Shown here: in pieces, positions 10,347-19,034 of the stretch
How positions within the stretch are numbered: position 1 is the first letter of the stretch
Layout of the letters: each line of letters begins with the position of its first letter
Assembly: GCA_963932905.1 (NCBI GenBank)
Contig: CAWVRN010000018.1
Span: forward strand, 1 to 64,000
Length of the DNA: 64,000 bases
Direction: 5' to 3'
Source: an uncultured Bdellovibrio sp.
Lineage (GTDB): Bacteria > Bdellovibrionota > Bdellovibrionia > Bdellovibrionales > Bdellovibrionaceae
The notes under the pieces: model-generated
What the model was told of the DNA's origin: nothing
Database searches by the model: none
The model's input: only the letters and a program-made list of their open reading frames with translations
Program-made: the position numbers and the translations under genes

Positions 10347-10431
10347 AATTAATCGTCTTGTCGATGTGTCCTGTTTCTCTGTAGAAGCTTCACCAAGGGT
10401 TTCTAGCAAGATGCTGGAAAAAAAGGGGAAA

Positions 10432-11301
10432 ATGATTATGAGGGGAAAGTCTATCCTTTTAGGGATAGCAGCAGTAATTATGGTTGCGTGTGCACCGGCG
10501 CCCAAGGGTGATGCCTCAGCGCTAGAATCCGCAGACACAGCAGACGCAGGTATCATTGGCGGCAAAGAAGTTGCCGCCAATGAATCTCCTGCCCAAACTA
10601 CCGTTATCCTTTACGATACGATTGCTAAAGGTGTCTGCACAGGATCCCTTTTGGGCAATAATATCGTACTAACGGCCGCGCACTGCTTAGGCTTTGATCC
10701 TAGTAAAATATTAATTGTTTTTGCTACTAACTTACAAAAAACAAATATGGAAATGGCTCGCCCAATAGTCGGCGCCATCGTTCACAGCTGGTGGAAAACA
10801 AATCGTCAAAAAGGCAAAGACACCGGCGATATCGCACTCGTAAAATACCAAGGCAGGACTCCACCCGGATACAAAGCCGCAACGATCCTACCCAATGTTT
10901 CACCTTTAAAAAACAATGCTCAAATCGTGCTGGCCGGTTATGGATTTTCAGATGGTGTGAAAAAAAAGGGCTCAGGTGTTTTAAGACAAACGGTAACCAC
11001 GATTGTTAACAACCAATTCTCGTCGACTGAAATCTTAATTGAACAACGCCAAGGCCGAGGTGCATGCCATGGCGATTCGGGTGGGCCCGCCTACATAGTG
11101 GCCAACGGTGTTTATTATCTGTGGGGAATCTCCTCGCGCGGAAATCAAGAGGTAAAAGATCAGTGTAATGCGTTTAGTGTTTATACAAACATGCTGGTCT
11201 ATATGAAATGGCTACAAGACACCGCACGGTCTCTGGTGGCAAAAAATCAATTCGATTTCTTGCAAGAAGACAGGTCATTCGGACGTGGCGAAAGATTCTA
11301 A
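10432..11301 (+). CDS. Trypsin-like (S1) serine protease, probable lipoprotein
   Basis: Lipobox-like IMVAC, IIGG mature N-terminus, TAAHC, DIAL, GDSGGP; start moved to 10432 after AAGGGG. Confidence 0.92.
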   Translation: MIMRGKSILLGIAAVIMVACAPAPKGDASALESADTADAGIIGGKEVAANESPAQTTVILYDTIAKGVCTGSLLGNNIVLTAAHCLGFDPSKILIVFATNLQKTNMEMARPIVGAIVHSWWKTNRQKGKDTGDIALVKYQGRTPPGYKAATILPNVSPLKNNAQIVLAGYGFSDGVKKKGSGVLRQTVTTIVNNQFSSTEILIEQRQGRGACHGDSGGPAYIVANGVYYLWGISSRGNQEVKDQCNAFSVYTNMLVYMKWLQDTARSLVAKNQFDFLQEDRSFGRGERF

Positions 11302-11305
11302 TAAA

Positions 11306-12067
11306 TTATTTTTTCTTTAAGACGCTAGAACTAATGGCACGAGCTAATTCTAGAGGATTATCAAATAAAACGCGATGACCAGAATCAGGAATGATTTTAA
11401 TACCTAAATCTGGAATTTCTTTTAACAAAGCTCGTGTCATTTCCAAAAATTTCTTATCACGGTCCCCTACAACCATGGTTACATTTTTAGCATAACGTCG
11501 TATGACACCGCGTTTGTTATTTTGTTTTGCCAGCGACCAATTCACCAATGCTTTAGCCAGCAGATCACGTCGATAATTTTCACTTTCACGTTCTGGTTCA
11601 TTGACGCTGTCGCGGAAAACTTCTTGTTCATTCCACTTTTTAACAACTGCATTCCAGTCGCCATTCAAAAACAATTCAGACCAAAACTGATCTTTTGAAT
11701 CACGCTCCATGATCTCTTCTATGTCTGAGGCCCTAATACCAGGGTTCGTTGATACACAAACAATACGTTCGAACAACCCAGGCTTCTTTTCAAGAATATG
11801 CAACGCCAGTCGACCACCGAGTGAATAACCAATCAAAACCTTACGCGGACTTACAGATCTAGCGGAAATCACATTGATAAATTCGTCAGTCACTTTTTCT
11901 AAAGAATTCTTAGGACTTAAATTAGGCTGGTTAAAATAATCAAGCGCATGAAAAGTGGGCGCAATGTCACTCTCACTGAAATCATGTTTCAAGCTATCGA
12001 TAACCGAATTCCAATCAGACGGTAGTCCGAGGAATCCATGCAGTAAAAAGATATCAACTTTTGACAT
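11306..12067 (-). CDS. menH: SHCHC synthase (alpha/beta hydrolase)
   Basis: LHGFLG, GYSLGGR, GDRDKKF, GH; directly downstream of menD. Start taken at the second Met. Confidence 0.85.
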   Translation of the reverse strand: MSKVDIFLLHGFLGLPSDWNSVIDSLKHDFSESDIAPTFHALDYFNQPNLSPKNSLEKVTDEFINVISARSVSPRKVLIGYSLGGRLALHILEKKPGLFERIVCVSTNPGIRASDIEEIMERDSKDQFWSELFLNGDWNAVVKKWNEQEVFRDSVNEPERESENYRRDLLAKALVNWSLAKQNNKRGVIRRYAKNVTMVVGDRDKKFLEMTRALLKEIPDLGIKIIPDSGHRVLFDNPLELARAISSSVLKKK

Positions 12068-13625
12068 ACCGATCCCATTCATTCCAGAAAAGGTCAGTTT
12101 GTTCTTCTTCAGGGTTCACTTCGATGATTCGTTGAGTTCCTGTTTCAACAGCAGCGGGGATCTCGGTCCAATTTTCATATTTCCATCCCCACATATCTGC
12201 CCATGATTTGAATTTAATTTCATGGCGATTAAGGAAAATATTTTTACCGAAGATTCGTTTAAATATCATACCGCCCTTGTTATTAATTACGACGATATTG
12301 ATATCTTGAGCATTCAATTGATTTGTAATCCACAACGATGGCAAATCATACATAGCCGTTAGATCACCAACGATCGCCCAATTACTTTCGTTTTCTTGAG
12401 ACCAGCCCAAGAATGTTGACAGCTGGCCATCGATACCATTTGCGCCTCGATTACCCACTATATTTTTTGGAATTAGATTTTCATCCGCCGCCAAATCCCA
12501 CATGCGAACGGGTAAACTGTTCCCCAAATACACACGTTTATCTTTCATTAACTTTGAAAGCGCATGTATCATACTTGGTTCTGACTTTGGATATTTTTGA
12601 AATAAGCGAAGTAATTCACCACGATTTTTTTGATCACGATTTCTATATTCGCCTGGGTCAATATTGATTGGGTCAACATACACGCGACTTAAATCGTCGA
12701 TGTCCGTGAAATGAGTGATTTCGCGACTAATACCCGTGAAATGATTAAAGCCAATCGATAACACCGGCAGGTCTTTACGTTTGTCTTCTAGATCGCGCCA
12801 TGTGCGACAGGTAGGAACTCCGCCGATTCTAAGAACCGCAGTGCAAATTTTATTATCCAGAAGATAGTTCACCATCATCTCGCCCGATACGATCATCAGA
12901 TCTTTTAATTCAGGATGATTCTTAATTCCTGAAATACCTTCCGCATAAATTGGCGCTTTTAATAATTTTAAAAATGTAACGACAGACTGTTTTGATTTTT
13001 CTGGCAAAGTGCTAAGAATAACGATGGGCCGTTGCTCACTACAAAATTTCTGAATCTCGTCCACCATGTTCAGCGGAAAAGTTTCTGGAAACTTCACTCG
13101 CTCTTCCATCAAAGGCGCGTGTAACTCGATGGCTTCTTGATCAATCAATGGTTCAGTAAAACAAATATTTACGTGAATCGGTTTTCGCCAGCTCAAACCC
13201 TTCAATGAAAAATGGGTGTTTTCTTCGTCCAAATCAAAACAGGCTTCGATATAGTATGAAAACAGTCCGACTTGTTCGATTGTTTGCGGTGATCCCGTGC
13301 CACGATACGATTTTGGGCGATCGGCAGAAATTATAATTAAAGGCAAACTAGAATAGGTCGCTTCAACCGCAGCCGGTAGAATTTCGGCCACAGCAGTTCC
13401 GCTAGTAGTAACGACTGCCACCGGACGACGAGTCGATGCAATTCTACCTAAGGCAAAAAATGCAGCACTACGCTCTTCAAAGAAATGATAAATTTTTATA
13501 AAAGGATTTTTATAAAATGTTTCGATCAGCGGCGAATTTCTTGCGCCGGCACAGATGCAAAACTCTTTGACCCCAGTCTTCAACAAGAGGTGAATGACTT
13601 CAGCGGACAGTTTCATGTTGGTCAT
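12054..13625 (-). CDS. menD: SEPHCHC synthase
   Basis: GARNSPL, EERSAAFFALG, TTSGTAVA, NRGANGIDG, GDL...NNKGG. Confidence 0.95.
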   Translation of the reverse strand: MTNMKLSAEVIHLLLKTGVKEFCICAGARNSPLIETFYKNPFIKIYHFFEERSAAFFALGRIASTRRPVAVVTTSGTAVAEILPAAVEATYSSLPLIIISADRPKSYRGTGSPQTIEQVGLFSYYIEACFDLDEENTHFSLKGLSWRKPIHVNICFTEPLIDQEAIELHAPLMEERVKFPETFPLNMVDEIQKFCSEQRPIVILSTLPEKSKQSVVTFLKLLKAPIYAEGISGIKNHPELKDLMIVSGEMMVNYLLDNKICTAVLRIGGVPTCRTWRDLEDKRKDLPVLSIGFNHFTGISREITHFTDIDDLSRVYVDPINIDPGEYRNRDQKNRGELLRLFQKYPKSEPSMIHALSKLMKDKRVYLGNSLPVRMWDLAADENLIPKNIVGNRGANGIDGQLSTFLGWSQENESNWAIVGDLTAMYDLPSLWITNQLNAQDINIVVINNKGGMIFKRIFGKNIFLNRHEIKFKSWADMWGWKYENWTEIPAAVETGTQRIIEVNPEEEQTDLFWNEWDRYVKS

Positions 13626-13628
13626 TTA

Positions 13629-14699
13629 TTAATCCTGAAAAAATATTCTTTTCACAGAATCGATCTTTTTAAGGATTTCTGCAAATTCTTTTTCTAATAC
13701 GCTCTCTGGAACGACTCCACAACCAGCAAATATCTGCACATCGCGTTCGTTCCAATCCCACTTGCGAATAGCGACAAGCAACAAAGCATAATCTTTCGTT
13801 TCAATACCCCAAGGCGCGCCAAAAAACCCTCGTTCGCTTTGCAGTGGATACTGGCGAAATTTCTCAAAGTATGCATTGCGTGGATAGATACCGAGTGCTG
13901 GAGTTGGGTGCATTGTGCGTATCAAATCATCCGTAGTTACTGGCTGCTTAAGGTCGACACTGAGACGAGTTTCTAGATGATTTAAAGCAGGAAACTCTAC
14001 CACCTTAGTTTTTTGAACATGCACTTCGCCTAGTGGGCGTAATAACTCTGTGATGTCGTCAACGACAAACTGATGTTCTTTTCTCTCCTTTGGGTCGTCC
14101 AAAAAATCAACTGGGTTGATATCTTTGCCTGACGTTCCCGCCAGTGCCATTGTGAATAGACTTTGATGATTTTTTTCAAATAGCACCTCGGGGGTTGCTC
14201 CCATAAAACCAACGCCTGAAGCCCATTCCCCGTAGGCATACAAATGCTCAGGCGTTGTTGCTAAGTTCTGCAATAACGAAATTTTTTGATTTAAAGTGAG
14301 GGTCTGTTCTAAGTATCCTTTTTGAACCGTAAAGGGGACGACTTTCTTTACTTCGCTGGCTTTAAAGGCGGCTTGGGCTTTTTCAAAAGATTGCACAAAT
14401 GAAACCTTATCGACATTCTGCCACTTGATGATAATTTTTTCTCGATGGGCTTTAAGGTCCGCCTGTGCTTGACACAAAAGATGTTTAAACTCGGCTGAGC
14501 TCATATCCCATTGATTTTTATAGTATTTCCGCGATACCTGCTTGCTTAGGTAGTCGGTCGTGATGGTTCCAATAGCACCTAAATTCGCATCCAGAACAGG
14601 CTCGGAAATTAGCGTCCAAATTCCTTGTTTGCGAACAAAAGCGCCGTTTTTTAAAAAGTTTGTAAATCGAATTATTTCTATGCTAGATTGCCTTTTCAC
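13629..14699 (-). CDS. menF: Isochorismate synthase
   Basis: GATPEVL, MALAGT, KERKEHQFVV, HPTPALG, AGCGVV; precedes menD; GTG start. Confidence 0.88.
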   Translation of the reverse strand: MKRQSSIEIIRFTNFLKNGAFVRKQGIWTLISEPVLDANLGAIGTITTDYLSKQVSRKYYKNQWDMSSAEFKHLLCQAQADLKAHREKIIIKWQNVDKVSFVQSFEKAQAAFKASEVKKVVPFTVQKGYLEQTLTLNQKISLLQNLATTPEHLYAYGEWASGVGFMGATPEVLFEKNHQSLFTMALAGTSGKDINPVDFLDDPKERKEHQFVVDDITELLRPLGEVHVQKTKVVEFPALNHLETRLSVDLKQPVTTDDLIRTMHPTPALGIYPRNAYFEKFRQYPLQSERGFFGAPWGIETKDYALLLVAIRKWDWNERDVQIFAGCGVVPESVLEKEFAEILKKIDSVKRIFFQD

Positions 14700-14755
14700 A
14701 AGATTTTAACTTAATACAGTCGTCTCAAATGGGATGATGCTAAACTCAAAGAATT

Positions 14756-15568
14756 ATGTCACCAGAAAAACATGTTATAGAAATTCAATCGGGTTCTAAG
14801 AAAATCAAAGTCGGCGATGGCTCGTTCACAGTAATGGCTGGCCCATGCTCAATTGAAAGCTATCAACAATTTTTCAGCACTGCCAAGATGGTGGCCGAAC
14901 ATGGCGCGACTCTTCTGCGCGGTGGCGTTTGGAAATTAAGAACATCTTCAAAATCTTTTCAAGGCTTAGGTAACGAAGCATTAGATATCGCACAAAAAGT
15001 AACTAAAGAACTAAATATGGGTATCACGATCGAAATCACTGACCCACGTCAAATCGAAGAATTATATTCGATGGTTTCTATGTTCCAAGTGGGCTCTCGC
15101 AACATGCACAATTACGCATTGTTGAAAGAATTAGCGAAACAAGACAAACCGGTGCTCTTAAAACGCGGTTTCGCAGCTCTGGTTAGCGAATGGATCAATG
15201 CCGCCGAATACGTAAATCAGGGCGGCGGTAAACCTAAAGTTATCCTTTGTGAACGTGGCATCCGTACATTTGAAACTTCGACTCGTAATACTCTAGATTT
15301 AAACTCGGCGATTTATGCGAAGAAAAATACTCCATATCCCGTGATTATCGATCCTTCACATGGTGTAGGCATCAGTACCCTGGTTCCTGATTTGGCCTTA
15401 GCATCGACGGCGCTTGGTATCGATGGTTTGATCATGGAAGTTCACCCTAATCCAAAAGAAGCTCTTTCTGATGGTATGCAAGCGCTGACGTTTGAAAATT
15501 TCGAAAACCTAATGACTAAAACGACTAAAGTTCTTTCGGCTTTAGATCGCTCACTTCAGAGAATGTAA
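14756..15568 (+). CDS. aroF: DAHP synthase, class I-beta, catalytic domain only
   Basis: AGPCSIES, KLRTS..FQG, GSRNMHN, LKRG, CERGIR, DPSH, EVHP. Confidence 0.9.
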   Translation: MSPEKHVIEIQSGSKKIKVGDGSFTVMAGPCSIESYQQFFSTAKMVAEHGATLLRGGVWKLRTSSKSFQGLGNEALDIAQKVTKELNMGITIEITDPRQIEELYSMVSMFQVGSRNMHNYALLKELAKQDKPVLLKRGFAALVSEWINAAEYVNQGGGKPKVILCERGIRTFETSTRNTLDLNSAIYAKKNTPYPVIIDPSHGVGISTLVPDLALASTALGIDGLIMEVHPNPKEALSDGMQALTFENFENLMTKTTKVLSALDRSLQRM

Positions 15569-16296
15569 TGACAACTACTACGACAAATGTTGATCCTCAA
15601 AAAATCAAATCCATGTTTTCTAAAGTCGCTTCTGGTTACGACAAAGCAAATGACATTTTGTCTGCGGGCATTCATCATCTTTGGAGAAAAAAATTAGTTA
15701 AAATGAGCGGTGCTAAATCAGGCGATTCGGTTTTAGACTGCGCGACCGGCACCGGGGATCTAGCCATCGAATTCAAAAAAGCGGTTGGAAATGGCGGCCA
15801 AGTAACTGGCACTGATTTCTGTAAGGAAATGCTAGACTTTGCGCCGGCTAAAGCAGCTAAATTAGATTTGCCGATTACTTTTGAACTAGCAGATGTGACG
15901 TCCCTGTCATACGCCGACCATTTTTTCGATATCACAAGTATTTCTTTCGGTATTCGAAATGTAGCCGACCCAGTCAAAGGTATTTCTGAACTAGCCCGCG
16001 TGACCAAACCAGGCGGCAAAGTTTGTGTCTTGGAATTTGGCCAAATCGCCAATCCTGCTCTGAACAAGGCTTACATGTTTTACTCGACAAAAATTCTTCC
16101 AAAAATTGGCGGCACAATAACTGGTCAAACAGATGCCTACGAGTATTTACAAAATTCATCTGCACAATTCCCATGCCGTCAAGATTTCGTAAGGTTGATG
16201 AACCAAGCGGCTCAATTTTCGTCGGTGGAGTGTGTTCCAGTCAGTTTTGGTATTGCTTACATCTATATTGGTACGAAAAGTACAACCGCTCTTTAG
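15568..16296 (+). CDS. menG: Demethylmenaquinone methyltransferase (UbiE/MenG)
   Basis: MFSKVASGYD, LDCATGTGD, FGIRNV, YEYLQNS; 1-bp overlap with the DAHP synthase stop. Confidence 0.93.
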   Translation: MTTTTTNVDPQKIKSMFSKVASGYDKANDILSAGIHHLWRKKLVKMSGAKSGDSVLDCATGTGDLAIEFKKAVGNGGQVTGTDFCKEMLDFAPAKAAKLDLPITFELADVTSLSYADHFFDITSISFGIRNVADPVKGISELARVTKPGGKVCVLEFGQIANPALNKAYMFYSTKILPKIGGTITGQTDAYEYLQNSSAQFPCRQDFVRLMNQAAQFSSVECVPVSFGIAYIYIGTKSTTAL

Positions 16297-16386
16297 TCTT
16301 GAAGACGGCCCGGTAAAACAAAATTCACTTAATATAACTTGGCGATTCCTTGTAAAATTTAACTATATAATTTTATAAGGAAATCC

Positions 16387-17235
16387 ATGAAACAAAGAAC
16401 CATCCATTTTTTAGTTCTCGTTACGTTTATTTTTTCTCAAATGACATTGGCTCAAACGGAAAAAAAAGCGCCCGTGCAAGAGCCTGTTAAAAAAGAAGTT
16501 CTAAAACCTGAGGTCAGCAAAAAAGCAGAAACTTTGGATTTGGATCCCGAGCATGTGGAAACTCAGTTTCTGAATTCTTTGGATTACCCAGAATTACAGG
16601 TTGTACCACGCGCCAGCGAACGCATTCAAATGGACGGTGCTACCGAATCTAACAACGGATATATGATGTTCTGGCCATTCCTAGCCTCGTCGGGAACAAC
16701 GATGATTGTAGCATTAATGAGTAAAAATAAATTCAAAGCTGGCAAAGAGGAAGACGAAAATTTCCGTCGTGATGCCGACTTTAAAGTCAACGCAGCAGCG
16801 GGACTTTCTGCCGCTTGGTTTGGTTTAACTTATTTTGTATCCGCCTCAGAGCCCTATAACAGTGCCCTTCAAAAAATTAACTCGATTAAAGGTCGCGATA
16901 AAAAATCACTTCTACTACGGGAACGTTTAGCAGAAGAGGCGATGCAAAAACCAGCTGAGCTAATCAGGATGCTTGCTTACGCTTCTACTATTACGAACGT
17001 GGTAGCTGCCGCAGGATTAATGGATGTCGTCAGCAGTGACTACAATATGTATGCTAGCGTTGCGATCCTAACAGCTTTTCTGCCTTTAATTTTCAAAAAT
17101 AAGTACGTGGAAAATTACGAGAAACAGCTTGAATATAAACGAAAAATTTATGCCCCGGTAGTTTATACAGACATGTATAAAGCTAACTCTTATGCGTCTT
17201 GGTCGCCACGCTTAGTTTTGCAATGGAACTACTAG
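16387..17235 (+). CDS. Hypothetical exported/membrane protein
   Basis: Signal peptide, several hydrophobic segments, C-terminus RLVLQWNY; RBS TAAGGA. Confidence 0.75.
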   Translation: MKQRTIHFLVLVTFIFSQMTLAQTEKKAPVQEPVKKEVLKPEVSKKAETLDLDPEHVETQFLNSLDYPELQVVPRASERIQMDGATESNNGYMMFWPFLASSGTTMIVALMSKNKFKAGKEEDENFRRDADFKVNAAAGLSAAWFGLTYFVSASEPYNSALQKINSIKGRDKKSLLLRERLAEEAMQKPAELIRMLAYASTITNVVAAAGLMDVVSSDYNMYASVAILTAFLPLIFKNKYVENYEKQLEYKRKIYAPVVYTDMYKANSYASWSPRLVLQWNY

Positions 17236-17236
17236 C

Positions 17237-18127
17237 ATGAAAAAACTGATCAGCGTCGTTTTTCTTTTAGTCATTTGCGCCAGTTCTTCGTGGGCTGCTC
17301 CCGACGATGGCCAGCTGTACGACAAACTTACAGATCCTCGACTTTGCGATACGGCCGATGAATTCAAGAACACCTATCAATTCCTGGTGAAGCAAGATGA
17401 TTTGGGTTTCACAGAACCACAGGCGATTAAGGCTGCGCTTAATGTAGCGAAACATTGCTCAGGTGCCTATGAGCGGTTCTCGCAAGTGTTTCGTGTTTTA
17501 CAAAAATCCGGTGTCGATATGAAGAAGACTTTCGAAGTCGCACTTGAATACTCGTCGTTTGAAACCGAAAGGGCAAAAAACTTTTATGTGTTATTCCAAA
17601 AACTATTTTTGGAAAATTACCTGGATATCGATTTCGGCACGGCCTATCGTATCTCGCACGAACTATCTAAAGATTACAAAGGCGATCCCGCTAAACTTCG
17701 GGACGATTTTGTTAAAATCGTAAATTTCTGTACAGACGAAAAACAATTTAGTCTTAGCAAAGGCCTGTGTCTGGATTTAGCGTTGCGACTGACTAAATAC
17801 ACCGAGCTGTATCCCAATGGTGTCTACGATGAATTTAGAAAATTTTTAACATACGTTCAAACCGACAAGCACTTAGGTTTTAATTTAAAAGAAGCATTGA
17901 ACCTTTGTGTCCGTGTTCTAGCTAAGGGACCTAAAGCACCTAGGAATTTCAAACAGACTATCGAGTTCGCTTTAAGTAAGGGCGAGAAACTAAATCTACC
18001 AGAACTACAGGCATTCCAGTTAGCTTTGATTATTTCAGACTATTCATTTGATCCTACGAAGAAAAAACCAGAAGAAACTGCTAAAGCGGAAGATATAAAT
18101 AAAAAAAATGAAAAGAAACTTAAGTAA
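17237..18127 (+). CDS. Hypothetical secreted helical-repeat protein
   Basis: Signal peptide MKKLISVVFLLVICASSSWA; about six imperfect 35-42 aa repeats. Confidence 0.75.
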   Translation: MKKLISVVFLLVICASSSWAAPDDGQLYDKLTDPRLCDTADEFKNTYQFLVKQDDLGFTEPQAIKAALNVAKHCSGAYERFSQVFRVLQKSGVDMKKTFEVALEYSSFETERAKNFYVLFQKLFLENYLDIDFGTAYRISHELSKDYKGDPAKLRDDFVKIVNFCTDEKQFSLSKGLCLDLALRLTKYTELYPNGVYDEFRKFLTYVQTDKHLGFNLKEALNLCVRVLAKGPKAPRNFKQTIEFALSKGEKLNLPELQAFQLALIISDYSFDPTKKKPEETAKAEDINKKNEKKLK

Positions 18128-19034
18128 TTTTCTTTTCCTGATAGTAGTGCTTGCTCTTACACCTTCGTGGGGGCAACCATCTAAAGGATCTGATCTTAAG
18201 AAATTAAAGCTATCTTCGGTAGAGCTACAATGGGAAGACTCACCGGGTGCATTCATGTACGAAGTTGAAGTTTACAATTCAAAAAATAAACTTTTAAAAA
18301 AGTTCGTATCAAAAACTAGTCTTTTTAAATTCAAATCCACATCGGGAAAAATTAAAATTCGCGGGCGCGTTCTAGACGCCTACGGCAAGAAAGGCTTGTG
18401 GAGCGATATGATTGAAACCGAGGTTCCTCCCGACGACATCAGTTTTCCAGCGGACAACACGTCAGTCATATCAGCCAAGGCAAACAACAAGACTCTAAAA
18501 GCAAAAGTAAATTTGAGCTGGCCCGAAGGGATTCAGGCCAAAAGGTACTTAGTTAAAATCTACGACAAAGATGGCAAAGTCGTACAAGAAAAAATAGTGT
18601 TCAAAACTTCAGAATCGTTCGAATTTGATGTTGGTAGTTACCACTATTCTATTACTCCGATTGGTAACGATCAAATCGCTGGAAAAGAAATCAAATCACC
18701 GCGGCCCATACAAATCGAAACAGCCCAGCTACCTAGCGAGCGTTTTGATGTATTAAAGGGCTCTCACGGCGAACTACAAATAAAAATGCCCGTTAAACCG
18801 GGCATGCAGGTATTTGGCGAACTAGAATATGCCCATCATCTGGCAGAAGATTGGACTCCGGTTTTAAAATATTCGCCGGTCACTGAAGCTATTTGGTCAC
18901 CCGATGCGAAATTAAAACCAGGTCGATACCGCGTCGGTTTCTGGGTGACCCGTGCCGGTTGGACTGATTCAGCTAAATTCAAACACGAATTTGTGATCAA
19001 GCCAACCGAAGCCGATATTATCGGGCAGCCGTGA
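18108..19034 (+). CDS. Hypothetical secreted protein with fibronectin-III-like modules
   Basis: Signal peptide; ELQWEDSPGAFMYEVEV, NLSWPEGIQAKRYLVKI, G-x-Y-x-(Y/V) strands. Confidence 0.7.
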   Translation: MKRNLSNFLFLIVVLALTPSWGQPSKGSDLKKLKLSSVELQWEDSPGAFMYEVEVYNSKNKLLKKFVSKTSLFKFKSTSGKIKIRGRVLDAYGKKGLWSDMIETEVPPDDISFPADNTSVISAKANNKTLKAKVNLSWPEGIQAKRYLVKIYDKDGKVVQEKIVFKTSESFEFDVGSYHYSITPIGNDQIAGKEIKSPRPIQIETAQLPSERFDVLKGSHGELQIKMPVKPGMQVFGELEYAHHLAEDWTPVLKYSPVTEAIWSPDAKLKPGRYRVGFWVTRAGWTDSAKFKHEFVIKPTEADIIGQP

